From positions 209,787-245,071 of the forward strand of contig NW_014040556.1 of NCBI RefSeq assembly GCF_001186125.1: DNA of 35,285 bases. Reading direction: 5' to 3'. Origin of the DNA: Sphaeroforma arctica JP610 (lineage: Eukaryota). Position numbers and translations under genes: made by a program. Shown here piece by piece: positions 17,847-27,702 of this stretch. Below the pieces are notes generated by a model that saw only the letters and a program-made list of their open reading frames with translations, searched no databases and was not told the origin of the DNA. Each line of letters begins with the position of its first letter. The stretch's first letter is position 1.

Positions 17847-18569
17847 ATGAAACGATTCCAGTCCAAGCCCCCTGCGAGCCCAACCCCCGCCCCCGACGGC
17901 TTCGACTACCTGTTCGTCTCGCCGTCCACGCTCATAGTCGGGGGCGACACTGTGTGTCAAAAGAACCAGAGCGTGTACTTGTGTCACGGCAAGACCCTGG
18001 TCCCACTGACCATCCAGAAGGCGCTCTGTGCCCGAAGCACCACACACGCGCTCCACATCACCGACCCCCTCGAGGTATGCATTCGGAACTCGCACACCGC
18101 GCACTGTGTGACGGGGACGTACACCTACCCCGACATCGTCACAGTACCGTGGACCGCGGCGCGCGACCTCGAGGCCTCCGGCGGCGGCCGCAGCTCGCTC
18201 ATGGTCACCCTGCAGACCACCACCGCGCCGCGCCCAATTATCCTGAAGGTTCTCAAGAGCACAAAGATCGGCCCCAGCACGGTCATGTACACAGTCGACC
18301 CCGTGGTCATGAGGCAGAACACCAGGAGCCGCCCGGAGTGGATGGATGCGGACGGCACGTACACGGAGCTGGACGCGTTCAGGTCCCCGGGGACCTCTCC
18401 ATATGCATCTGTACATACAGGGACGCCACCGCGCTCCCCAAGGGTGCTGCGGGCCAAGGACATTGGTCTTGAACGTCCAGCGCCGCAGCGCGCAGCGCCG
18501 AAACTCCGCCAGCCACAGCCGCCGATTGTCGACTCGTATACGTACACGGATCTCGCTCCGGCTACATGA
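17847..18569 (+). CDS. Hypothetical protein
   Basis: 240-aa ATG ORF with GC3-rich codons, bounded by AT-rich DNA. Confidence 0.7.
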   Translation: MKRFQSKPPASPTPAPDGFDYLFVSPSTLIVGGDTVCQKNQSVYLCHGKTLVPLTIQKALCARSTTHALHITDPLEVCIRNSHTAHCVTGTYTYPDIVTVPWTAARDLEASGGGRSSLMVTLQTTTAPRPIILKVLKSTKIGPSTVMYTVDPVVMRQNTRSRPEWMDADGTYTELDAFRSPGTSPYASVHTGTPPRSPRVLRAKDIGLERPAPQRAAPKLRQPQPPIVDSYTYTDLAPAT

Positions 18570-18576
18570 ATTAAGG

Positions 18577-18828
18577 TTTCAACGTTCACGCTTCAAAAAC
18601 ATGGCTCAAAAAACAGATTTCAAAATTCAAATTTCAAATTTCAAATTTCAAAAATCGCGCTTCAAAAACATGGCTCAAAAAACAGATTTCAAAATTCAAA
18701 TTTCAAATTTCAAATTTCAAAAATCACGCTTCAAAAACATGGCTCAAAAAACAGGTTTCAAATTTCAAATTTCAAATTTCAAATTTCAAAAATCACGCTT
18801 CAAAAACATGGCTCAAAAAACAAATTTC
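18577..18828 (+). repeat. AT-rich intergenic array, 69-bp higher-order unit
   Basis: atggctcaaaaaac recurs at 18601, 18670, 18739 and 18808. Confidence 0.95.
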
Positions 18829-18911
18829 CGAAACATTGCAGTTCGTGCTGCTCTTTTCAAAACACATGAATTTTGAAAACACACACATCCAAGAAAAAAA
18901 AAAAAGGTAAA

Positions 18912-19652
18912 ATGTCCACGTTCAGCCTCATGACCTTCAACGCCCAGGCCTTTGAGAGCGCTCCCCCCGCCGCCGTCGCGCGCTTCATCGACCAGACCAC
19001 TGCCCGAGTCGGCCACCTCGACGTTATCGCCGTCCAGGAGAACATTGTCACACACAGCGGCGTCTCGCTCCTCCAGCTCGCAGGCTACACACCCCNNNNN
19101 NNNNNNNNNNNNNNNACCGGCACGAGCCAGCTGCTCGACGTGCTCTCCACCAGGTTTGGTTCCGTCGATCGCTCCGCCGTCGTCGTCCAGTACAACGGCC
19201 TCAGCATCGCTAACGTGCACCTCACCGGCGGCCGCTTTGACGACCGCGGCTTTGAGGCCTACGTCGACGCCAAGTCGCGCGAGATTGATAACATTGTCTC
19301 CAAGTGGGACCCCGACCTCGTAGTCGGCGACTTCAACGCCGACACAACAGTGCACCAGGCGGACCGCGCAGGCCAGGCCCTCGTGTGCGGCTACACCAGC
19401 CTGCCACAATCCACCAAGGCCACGTTCCGCTCCTACTACGGCGATGTCCACACACGGCTCGAACAGTGGGGCTACCGGGCGTGCACCCCCACCGTACCAC
19501 CGTACCAGACGTCCGTGTACGGTGGCATGGTGGACTGGATCTACCAGAGAGCATCGAGGATCCCCGATGGCCCCCTGGTGACCCGCTGTGTTGATGCGAT
19601 CGGCCCGCGGATCAGCGATCACAATGCCGTTGTCGCCATGTGGACACTATAG
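18912..19652 (+). CDS. Endonuclease/exonuclease/phosphatase (EEP) family protein; contains N gap 19096-19115
   Basis: MTFN, DVIAVQE, NVHL, VGDFN, DWIY and SDH form the complete EEP motif set. Confidence 0.92.
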   Translation: MSTFSLMTFNAQAFESAPPAAVARFIDQTTARVGHLDVIAVQENIVTHSGVSLLQLAGYTPXXXXXXXTGTSQLLDVLSTRFGSVDRSAVVVQYNGLSIANVHLTGGRFDDRGFEAYVDAKSREIDNIVSKWDPDLVVGDFNADTTVHQADRAGQALVCGYTSLPQSTKATFRSYYGDVHTRLEQWGYRACTPTVPPYQTSVYGGMVDWIYQRASRIPDGPLVTRCVDAIGPRISDHNAVVAMWTL

Positions 19653-19688
19653 GGTTTAAATGTTTTAGGGTTTAGGGTTTAGGGTTTA
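19650..19688 (+). repeat. Telomere-like (TTTAGGG)3 tract
   Basis: tagggtttaaatgt-tttaggg-tttaggg-tttaggg-ttta, overlapping the stop codon. Confidence 0.85.
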
Positions 19689-19980
19689 ACTACCCTTTGC
19701 GCGGCAGGGCAGCTTGGGCTTTGTGTATTTCCACCTGGACGCTGACTCAATCGCGACCTCTTTTTGACCAGGCTGGTTGAAGGTCCCTGAGACAGTAAAC
19801 AGTAGAGTAGAGTAGAGTTTAGACTAAAGTATTCCGAGTCGAGTTGCTTGCTTCCTATGAATATTAAGTTGTTCGGGGACAAGTTAATATTAAATGTGAT
19901 AATTAAACGTTTCATCGAGCAGGACTGAGTACTGGGACCCAGTGGTGGTACCGTCTACGGGGTCTGACATAGTAGAGTAC

Positions 19981-20784
19981 CTACCACTTATCATCCCTGT
20001 ATCGGTAACCGGAAGAGTCGCTGTTGGGGTTGTACGTTGCCGCTTCACGCCAGACCACCCTTGTCGGCCTTGCTACAGCAATGTACGTCTTGCCGTTGAC
20101 TCCCCTCTTCTTGCTTCCAATGCACGTGCGTGCAATGTATGGTGGCAGTCCCGTCTTTGTCCGTCCTTCGCGCGGCAGACATTGGTCTCCGTGGGTTCGG
20201 GGCAACTTGTCTGACTTTGAGTATTTCTGTCTGGACGTAGAATCGCTTATACGTCTGCCCAGGTAATCTTCGGACGCCGGCATCCGTTGTGCGGGTTTTG
20301 TTGACTTTGATCGGCGATCCCACTTGTTGTCATTGCGTTGTCGGGAGGATCGCGTGTTGTATCGGTCCTGGGGGGAAGAACTGCGTCGAGATTCCTGGTC
20401 GTAGTCGCGCGTTGGAGATCGCTCACGTCTTTGGGATTGCCCACGTACCGGGGATTGCCCACGTACCGGGGATTGCCCACGTACCGGGGATTGCTCACGT
20501 CTTTGGGATTGCCCACGTACCGGGGATCGCTCTCGGGGGAATAGTTTCATCTCCCGTCTGTTGTCACCACCACCATAACCTTCGTCACTTTCCTCTATAT
20601 AATTTTTCCCCGACGTCCCCCGTCCGCCCCTACTACGAAGGTCTTTGCTCTTATCTATACGGTCGGTGCGTGGCTTGTAATCCATTAGATCCCCTCTCCG
20701 CACTTTGGTCCCGTGTCGAGACGTGTACGGCGCCACGTAGTAGTCCGAGTCCGAGTTCGAACTAAGGCTCAGATCAGACAGCAT
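19981..20784 (-). CDS. Basic Arg/Ser-rich protein with SPVRGQ repeats; candidate virion core/nucleic-acid-binding protein
   Basis: 18-bp coding repeats at ~20425-20530. C-terminal PPY.A..C.G.KKRG.NG..Y...W resembles, from recall, a small domain in giant-virus basic proteins. Confidence 0.7.
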   Translation of the reverse strand: MLSDLSLSSNSDSDYYVAPYTSRHGTKVRRGDLMDYKPRTDRIDKSKDLRSRGGRGTSGKNYIEESDEGYGGGDNRREMKLFPRERSPVRGQSQRREQSPVRGQSPVRGQSPVRGQSQRRERSPTRDYDQESRRSSSPQDRYNTRSSRQRNDNKWDRRSKSTKPAQRMPASEDYLGRRISDSTSRQKYSKSDKLPRTHGDQCLPREGRTKTGLPPYIARTCIGSKKRGVNGKTYIAVARPTRVVWREAATYNPNSDSSGYRYRDDKW

Positions 20785-20886
20785 AGTAATTTTTTTTTAT
20801 ATTTTCTAGTGCTTATCGTTTTTGGTATCCGTGTTTTAATTACATGATATATTATTTATTTTTCCTTTTTTTTTATGTTTAGAACA

Positions 20887-21597
20887 CTACACCATATTTC
20901 CCGTGAATGTCACACTCGACACATTCTTGGCAAACTGTTCGTCGTATCCGCACACAATGTCCCACTTCCCCCCCGCCCCCAGTCGGAACGAGTGCACCCG
21001 TCCCACAATGTCCCCCAGGCGCTCGCTCGGCCCCGCGTCCTCCGGCAGCCCCCGCAGCAGCTTCTCAAAGCACACCAGCGTCCGCACATGTCCCTTGCGG
21101 TCCTTGTCGTACCGGTCCCGCGCAAAGCTCTGCCGGTACACGTGCGCCAGCATCCGCGCAAACAGGTCCTCGAGCTCCCTGCGGTACCGCGCGTACAGCG
21201 CATTCTGCCTCTGACGCGGCTGGTACATCTCGTTGTAGTGTCGAAAGAACGTCTCCCGGTCGTCCCAGCTGTCGTACAGAGACACCAGCGGCGCGTGTCG
21301 CGCCAGCAGCGCACTCAGCAGAAGTGTGTGCATCGGAACGCAGATCAGCGGCAGCGTGTTCAGCGACAGCAGCGGCTGCAGCAGCGGCGGGTGCCCGCAC
21401 GACTTGCACACCAGGGGCGAGCTCATCGAGCCCCGCAGCCGGTTCACCAGGCACAGCGTGCACGTCACAAACTCGCACTCCGTGCAGGCCACTGTGTCGC
21501 CCCGTGTGTTCTCGCACAGCCCACAGGCCACCGTGGCAGCGGCGCCCCCAGCACCCGGTCCCGACGTCTTGGTCCGCTTGGCGGGTCGCAGCGACAT
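20887..21597 (-). CDS. RING-like zinc-finger protein
   Basis: CGLC..CTEC..CTLC..CKSC (8 Cys); N-terminal NLS-like RPAKRTK. Confidence 0.7.
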   Translation of the reverse strand: MSLRPAKRTKTSGPGAGGAAATVACGLCENTRGDTVACTECEFVTCTLCLVNRLRGSMSSPLVCKSCGHPPLLQPLLSLNTLPLICVPMHTLLLSALLARHAPLVSLYDSWDDRETFFRHYNEMYQPRQRQNALYARYRRELEDLFARMLAHVYRQSFARDRYDKDRKGHVRTLVCFEKLLRGLPEDAGPSERLGDIVGRVHSFRLGAGGKWDIVCGYDEQFAKNVSSVTFTGNMV

Positions 21598-21837
21598 TCT
21601 ACTTGTCTACTCGTCTATTCGTCTACTCGAAGGGTTCCACAGGGCGGTTTGTTCAAAAACCACCGGAAATGAAAAAGTGATCATCCCTCCAAACTCGCGT
21701 CTGCTATTTATACTACTTTTCCTCTTCTACTATCCCGCTTCTCCCGAAAACCGAATTTTCAACGCCTGTACACCTTGGCGTTCTCCGGGCAACACAATAC
21801 TCTCTGTATACCCAAAAAACAAAAAACAAAACAATCC

Positions 21838-22161
21838 ATGTCCGACCAAGACCTCGCTACTGCCCTGGCCCAGTGTCACCTCGACATTGTCGCCGCCCTC
21901 GGCATCGAACCGTGCCCGCCAACCTACGAGTCGTACATGCTCGACAGCGCCGTTGCCGAGGTCAAGCTGGCCTTTGACCTCATCCTAGTCGAGGACAACG
22001 ACGGTTTGCAGATCCTGGCCGACTACCATGCGCAGAGCGCCGCGACCAAGTACCGGGCCATCATGGAAGAGATGGGCGTTGCCGACGACACCGGCTTTGT
22101 CGCCGCCCTCGGGCAGGGTGTCCTGGTGGCGCTCTCGTTTGTGAGCAACAAAATCGATTAA
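21838..22161 (+). CDS. Small acidic hypothetical protein
   Basis: ATG 21838 after an A/C-rich leader; GC3-rich codons. Confidence 0.7.
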   Translation: MSDQDLATALAQCHLDIVAALGIEPCPPTYESYMLDSAVAEVKLAFDLILVEDNDGLQILADYHAQSAATKYRAIMEEMGVADDTGFVAALGQGVLVALSFVSNKID

Positions 22162-22239
22162 AAAAAACAAAAATCGATTAAAATCTCTTTTGCTTGTGAC
22201 TAGAGTGGGTGATGTATAAAACAATCAAAACTATCAGAA

Positions 22240-23025
22240 ATGGGCGTCAACGGCCTCTCGCGCTTCATCACCACCCACGGGCTCAAGACCCCCCACCCCC
22301 TGGAGGCCTTTGCCGGCACCGCCGTGGCCATTGACACCAACCACCTGTGCATGCGCTACAAGCGCGCCTCCGGTCGGTACTGGAAGTGGAACGTTAAACG
22401 CATCGACCGGCTCTTCCAGGAAAACGACATCAAGGCCATCTACGTGATCGACTCGCGACACAACCCGGACAAGGGCGCCCACCGAGCCGCCGCCGCCGCC
22501 GCCAGCGAGTCCGGCGAGTCCGGCAAGGGCAAGGGCAAGGGCAAGGCCAAGGGCAAGCCCAAGAAGGCCCGCAAGCCCAAGGCGAGGCCCGCGTACACGT
22601 TCGTCCGGACCCTCGTCGGCCGCACCCGCTTCGTGGTGGCGCCGGCCGAGGCCGAGGCCCACTGCGCCACCCTGCAGCGGGCCGGCATAGTGGACCACGT
22701 CATGAGCGGCGACAGCGACATCTACGCGCTCGGCTGCGGCTCCGTGCTCAACGACATTTCCTGCAAGGGCGACTCCGCCACCGTCAGCCAGGTCCTGCTC
22801 CCCTCCTTACTCGCCGCCGCCGGCGGTCTCACCGCGGACCAGTTCCGCGACGCGTGCGTGCTCTCGGGCACCGACTTTGACGCCGGCCTGCCCCGCACCG
22901 CCATGGTCAGGGCCATCAAGCTTGTCCAGACCCACTCCGACATAAACGCGGTGCTCGAGCAGTACTCGGACACCAACATGGTGAAGCGCATCCTCAATGC
23001 CAGGAAACACTTTGACCTCGCCTAA
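22240..23025 (+). CDS. XPG/FEN1 (RAD2)-family flap endonuclease, compact
   Basis: MGVNGL, VAIDT, YVID, APAEAEAHCA, MSGDSD and CVLSGTDF motifs. Confidence 0.93.
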   Translation: MGVNGLSRFITTHGLKTPHPLEAFAGTAVAIDTNHLCMRYKRASGRYWKWNVKRIDRLFQENDIKAIYVIDSRHNPDKGAHRAAAAAASESGESGKGKGKGKAKGKPKKARKPKARPAYTFVRTLVGRTRFVVAPAEAEAHCATLQRAGIVDHVMSGDSDIYALGCGSVLNDISCKGDSATVSQVLLPSLLAAAGGLTADQFRDACVLSGTDFDAGLPRTAMVRAIKLVQTHSDINAVLEQYSDTNMVKRILNARKHFDLA

Positions 23026-23074
23026 ATTTTTAATTTTTTTTTACTAGAATAAATCAATAAAGGGAATATAAAAA

Positions 23075-24355
23075 ATGAACGACCCCCTCTACTATGCCAA
23101 CGAGGCCCTCACTGGCGAGACCGTCCCCGCCCTCAAAACGTGTGTAGGGCGCCTCGTCGTCAATGTGCGGGGCCGGCGCTACATGTTTGCCAACATTGAC
23201 AACTGCGGTATGTTTATCCCGTTCGACGCCGCCAGTGCCAGTGGCCGGGTCCGGTTCTTCGGGACACGGAACCCGCGGAACATGGCCCTGCAGCACATGG
23301 TCGCCGGCCAGCTTGAGCATATTGTCATTGCACCCGAAGACCAGAAGTTCCGCTTTGCACCGACCGCGCCCACCGACTTTTCCAATGTCTTTGCGGTCAC
23401 CCCGCTCACCTATGGCCAGAACATTGTCAACATGACCATCCGCAAAGGCACCCACTACCTCGGGCACGGCATCCCCGACGACAACGGCTACATGCAGGCC
23501 ACCCTTACCCCAGACAGGGTCAGAATGGAGATTTTCCTCCTTGTCGAGAGTATCGGCGCTATGCGCGACACGGGTGTCTACTACAACAAGAACTACACGG
23601 GCGTTGTCGCCAACACGAGCGCCGACTGCATCGCCGAGAGGAACAAGTGGATCGCCACCCTGCCGCCCCCCAGCATCCACCACGCACAGGTCAAGCTTAT
23701 CCTCGCCACCCCGTACGGCGAGAAGATGTGTCTCACCACCCGGGCGTTCGGCGGCGACAGCACCGCCGCCGCCGCCACCGCCGCCGCCGCCGATGTCGGC
23801 CGCCTGCACGCAGAGCCGCTCTACTACACAATGGACGAGCAGTCCACTTTCCTGCTCGAATACGTGAAGAACAACGAGTTCCGGGTGAGGGGACAGGGCG
23901 CCCAGGCCGGCAAGTACCTGGCCAGGGTCGGCGACAGCTACGACCTGGTGGGCGACATTGGCCTGGAGCGGACATCGCTCCTGCATCTGCGCATGCTCCA
24001 CGGCGCCCAGAGCCAGGTCATGCTCGACATTACCCACGAGGGCCAGCCGCTCGTCCTGGTCAGAGACGGTCTGGCCGGCTACCTCCTGCAGCAGTCGCCC
24101 GCCGGAATCGATGCTAATACTGAGTCCCAGGCCATGCTAGTCTACGAGGGCCCGAACCTCCCCGAGTCCCCCTACAGCAAGCGCTGCTTCTCCGAGCTCG
24201 ACACGCTCATCCAGGTGGCCAAGGTCGAGCGCCGCAAAGAGCTCGCCAAGCCCCTGTTTGCCACGCGGTACATTATCTACATGATTATAGTGGTCCTGAT
24301 CCTGATCCTGGGCCGCAACATGCTGTTCAAGCCCAGCACGCCCAAAAAGACCTAG
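23075..24355 (+). CDS. Hypothetical protein with C-terminal TM anchor
   Basis: 426-aa ORF, poly-Ala linker between two beta-rich halves, TM YIIYMIIVVLILILG. Confidence 0.8.
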   Translation: MNDPLYYANEALTGETVPALKTCVGRLVVNVRGRRYMFANIDNCGMFIPFDAASASGRVRFFGTRNPRNMALQHMVAGQLEHIVIAPEDQKFRFAPTAPTDFSNVFAVTPLTYGQNIVNMTIRKGTHYLGHGIPDDNGYMQATLTPDRVRMEIFLLVESIGAMRDTGVYYNKNYTGVVANTSADCIAERNKWIATLPPPSIHHAQVKLILATPYGEKMCLTTRAFGGDSTAAAATAAAADVGRLHAEPLYYTMDEQSTFLLEYVKNNEFRVRGQGAQAGKYLARVGDSYDLVGDIGLERTSLLHLRMLHGAQSQVMLDITHEGQPLVLVRDGLAGYLLQQSPAGIDANTESQAMLVYEGPNLPESPYSKRCFSELDTLIQVAKVERRKELAKPLFATRYIIYMIIVVLILILGRNMLFKPSTPKKT

Positions 24356-24735
24356 TATCCGACGTGGTCCTTGGTCTTGCCCGTGAAAATCAGAATCACC
24401 GTCAACAGCGTTCCCAGCACACCCGCAATGTACAGGTGCATCTTTTGCTCGCCAAACTCGGTCTTGGTAACCCCGTCGACCTCGACCGTTGGGGCCCTCG
24501 CGGTGACCATGGTTTTCGAGAGCAGGCTCGCAATCGCCATCCCCAGCAGCACGTAGCGGGGGAAGAAGAAGTAGATTCGCATGCTCACAAACAAAAGCGC
24601 GGCCGTCAGGACCATGACGGCGATCTTTTTGCGGTCCTTGAGCCCCTGGCGTCCGAAGACGGTGTACACATTAATGGGGATTTCCGGCAGCTGCGTGCCG
24701 TAGATTGCGAGCCAGTTGTACCCCATGTTTTTCAT
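24352..24735 (-). CDS. Small multi-pass membrane protein
   Basis: About 3 hydrophobic helices; ATG at 24735 (alternative 24726). Confidence 0.7.
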   Translation of the reverse strand: MKNMGYNWLAIYGTQLPEIPINVYTVFGRQGLKDRKKIAVMVLTAALLFVSMRIYFFFPRYVLLGMAIASLLSKTMVTARAPTVEVDGVTKTEFGEQKMHLYIAGVLGTLLTVILIFTGKTKDHVGY

Positions 24736-24736
24736 T

Positions 24737-25780
24737 TTATTCACAAGTGCTATATCCTAACAACAGGCAGGCGATTTCCGGCTTCCTGGCGCTGGCCATT
24801 GCCGTGCGGCCGTAGGCCCGTGAGTCAACTCGCGGGTCGGCCAGGAGTAGCCTCACGATCTGCATGGTCCCGACCTCGCACGCGTGGGAGAGCATTGTCC
24901 GGGGGCGTCTGGAACGCTGTCCGTCCACCGTAGCACCCGGGAGGGTGATGAGCTGGGTCGGGTCGACTCGCGGGTCGGCCAGCAGCAGTCGCACGACCCT
25001 CACGTCCTGGCTTGCGATCGCGCTCTGTAGGGCGAGGTTCTCAAAGTCCTCGGGGTTAAAGAGCGGATTGTTCAGCAGCACACGCAAAACCCCAACCTGG
25101 CCCATGCGCGCGGCCACCGCCAGGGCCGTGGAGCCGCAGGTGGCCATCTCCGGGGACATCAGCGAGGCCCGGATGCAGGGGTCCTGTAGCAGCAGGCGCA
25201 GGACGCCGACGTGCCCGTGGCGACACGCCTTGATCAGAGCCAGGCACTGGAACCCGTTGTTGGACACGCGGTCGTCCAGCAGGAGCACCCGCACTATGGC
25301 TGCGTGGTTGTGCTCCACGGCCTGCACGAGCGCCTCCGTGTTCCGCGGGCACGCCTTGAGCTTCTTGCCGGCCAGGATGCGCCTTACCGTCGACGTGTAG
25401 TTGTTGGTGGAGGCCACTATGAGCACCGTGCAGAGCAGGTCCGACGAGGCAAACGGGAAGTGGTGCAGCCTGGAAAACACTTCTTCATTTTCCCGAACTA
25501 GACACTGGACGATGAGCGTCTCGGCGACGTGCGCGTTGGTCTCCAGCACAAACACCAGCAGCTCCCGATTGGCGGCGTCAAACAGGTAGTCCACGTCCGC
25601 GTCTTCCAGCGCCGTCTTGCAGGTCAGTCCAATGTCATAGGCGCTGCAGTGCTCTGCGGGGACGAGGCGCACCGGGCCGCCGCGGAGGCTCACGTGCTTG
25701 GGCGGCGGCGTGGCGGCGTACTTGGGCGGCGGCGCGGTCGCCTTCCCCAGGAGGCTCTTGAATGCTTTTACAACCTTCAT
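24737..25780 (-). CDS. Ankyrin-repeat protein (DPRVDP type)
   Basis: Repeated AL..A...G...V.R.LL.DPRVD units. Confidence 0.9.
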   Translation of the reverse strand: MKVVKAFKSLLGKATAPPPKYAATPPPKHVSLRGGPVRLVPAEHCSAYDIGLTCKTALEDADVDYLFDAANRELLVFVLETNAHVAETLIVQCLVRENEEVFSRLHHFPFASSDLLCTVLIVASTNNYTSTVRRILAGKKLKACPRNTEALVQAVEHNHAAIVRVLLLDDRVSNNGFQCLALIKACRHGHVGVLRLLLQDPCIRASLMSPEMATCGSTALAVAARMGQVGVLRVLLNNPLFNPEDFENLALQSAIASQDVRVVRLLLADPRVDPTQLITLPGATVDGQRSRRPRTMLSHACEVGTMQIVRLLLADPRVDSRAYGRTAMASARKPEIACLLLGYSTCE

Positions 25781-25874
25781 TGTGTTTTGTTTTCTTGTTT
25801 TCTACATATCTTTTATACACGCGCATACATGTATAAAAAACGATTTCTTTTTTTCGCCACTCTGCAACACATTA

Positions 25875-25875
<1 letters not shown>

Positions 25876-25951
<76 letters not shown>
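25876..25951. repeat. (CA)38 microsatellite
   Basis: Perfect run in the divergent ankyrin/helicase intergenic region. Confidence 0.97.
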
Positions 25952-25957
<6 letters not shown>

Positions 25958-25963
25958 CACACA

Positions 25964-27685
25964 ATGAAAGACCTCTTGAACGGGCGCAAGCTGTACCCGC
26001 ACCAGCAGCGGGCCGTCGATGAGCTGCTCGGCACCCAGTGTGCGGCAGGCGTCTACTTCCTCAATGCACCCACGGGCTGTGGCAAGTCCATCATGTCTGT
26101 GGCTCTCTGCGCCAGCGCCGGCGGGAGCATTATTACAACCACCAAGGCGCTGCAGTGGCAGTACGAGGCCGACTTCCCCGAGGTCGCCCTGCTGATGGGT
26201 CGCGGCAACTACCAGTGTGCTCTGGCCCACGAGCACGAGCCCCTCGAGTACCGCATCGACGTCGGCGGCGTGACGAAACTAACTACTGTTCCCGTCGTCA
26301 ACCCGTGCCCGCTGGACATTCGTCCCGCGTGGACAGACAAGGAGGGCAAGGCCGTCTACCCGACCGGCCCCCACTATGATGAGTGCGCCTACCCGGAGGC
26401 GGTGCGCCGCTTCACGGCAGCCCGTGTCACCGTTTCGAACTTTGCTCTCCACTCCTTCCGCCCCAAGGAGGCGGACTGCATCGTGGTCGACGAGGCCCAC
26501 GAGCTCGAGGCTACCATGAGAGAGTGGGGCTCGCTGCGCCGGGCGCTGGATGAGAGGCCCATCGGTGGAATCTGTTTCCTCGCGAAGCGCCTGGCCAGCC
26601 GGTCCGCACCCTGCAAGGCCTTCTTGGAGGCGGCCCGCGACGTCCAGCCCCTTTCAGAGTGTATGTCCGGCGTGGACACCGACGAGGCCTCCGATGCCCC
26701 CCTCGCGTTCGGCTCGCCCATGTACAACGGACTCATGCGTTACCACGCGAGTGTCAAGGCGATGATGGGCATGCTCGCCCACGTCCAGGGCGCGCTGCTC
26801 AAGGGCAACGAGGACCCGGTCGCGGCGCCGCTCGCGAGGCTCGAGGCTCTCGACAAGAAGCTGTGCTGGGTCCGGGACGTGCCGCGCAACTACCTGGCCT
26901 CTCTTATGTCTCACTACAGCACGGGGGAGCGGGAGCTTCATGTCACACTACGAAACCTCGCCCCGATCTTTAAGAAGCTGTTTGGTGCCTACAGGCGCGT
27001 GTACCTGGTGTCGGCGACCATCGTGAACCCGGGGACGCTGTGCGCGGTGCTGGGCATCCGATACTCGGACACACACTCTGTCCACATGGAGTCGCAGTTC
27101 CCGGCGGCCAACCACGCGATCCGTGATATCAGCAACAACGTCCAGGTCCTGGCCCGCACGCTGCACGACCAGGTCAGGGACTGGCAGGCCGGCCTGATTG
27201 ACACGATCCTCGACAAACACGCTGGCCAGAGGGGACTGGTCATGACGGCATCCCACGAGCATGCCGAGCTCATAGTGCGTTACACGAAGCCGCGGTCGAG
27301 CCGCCGCATGCTGCTCGTCAAGTCAAACCTAGTCCCCGTCCAGTGTGCGCTCGAGCTGGCAAGGGACGTCCCGGACATGGTGTACGTATCGAGCTCAATG
27401 CACACGGGCGTGGACCTGCCCGGCGACTTGTCGGAGTTCCAGATCATTGCCAAGATCCCGAGACTGTCGCCACACGACCCGATCGTCAAGTACAACCGGG
27501 GCAAGTTCGCGGAGTGGTACGACGACCAGGCGGCCATGGGGGTGATTCAGAGGCTGGGGCGCAGTGTGAGACAAAAGACGGATATTGTACATTCCTATTT
27601 CCTGGACCGGCTGACCGGCCCCATATTCCGCCGACTCCCCGAAACGATGGTTGTGCGGTTTGGCGCGATCGACGATATGAAATAA
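25964..27685 (+). CDS. DinG/XPD/Rad3-family SF2 DNA helicase
   Basis: Q-motif YPHQ, APTGCGKS, LMGRGNYQC, VVDEAH, SAT, GVDLPG, IIAKIP and QRLGRSVR. ATG 25964. Confidence 0.93.
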   Translation: MKDLLNGRKLYPHQQRAVDELLGTQCAAGVYFLNAPTGCGKSIMSVALCASAGGSIITTTKALQWQYEADFPEVALLMGRGNYQCALAHEHEPLEYRIDVGGVTKLTTVPVVNPCPLDIRPAWTDKEGKAVYPTGPHYDECAYPEAVRRFTAARVTVSNFALHSFRPKEADCIVVDEAHELEATMREWGSLRRALDERPIGGICFLAKRLASRSAPCKAFLEAARDVQPLSECMSGVDTDEASDAPLAFGSPMYNGLMRYHASVKAMMGMLAHVQGALLKGNEDPVAAPLARLEALDKKLCWVRDVPRNYLASLMSHYSTGERELHVTLRNLAPIFKKLFGAYRRVYLVSATIVNPGTLCAVLGIRYSDTHSVHMESQFPAANHAIRDISNNVQVLARTLHDQVRDWQAGLIDTILDKHAGQRGLVMTASHEHAELIVRYTKPRSSRRMLLVKSNLVPVQCALELARDVPDMVYVSSSMHTGVDLPGDLSEFQIIAKIPRLSPHDPIVKYNRGKFAEWYDDQAAMGVIQRLGRSVRQKTDIVHSYFLDRLTGPIFRRLPETMVVRFGAIDDMK

Positions 27686-27702
27686 AATCACCCTACTAGA
27701 AC

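Noticed and set aside
18912..19688. Telomere-targeting non-LTR retrotransposon (EEP endonuclease + telomere repeats)
   Set aside because: No reverse transcriptase or gag-like ORF; the EEP gene is stand-alone.
25529..25963. N-terminal extension of the helicase with poly-(HT)
   Set aside because: It overlaps the ankyrin gene and reads through the CA microsatellite; helicase motifs begin right after ATG 25964.
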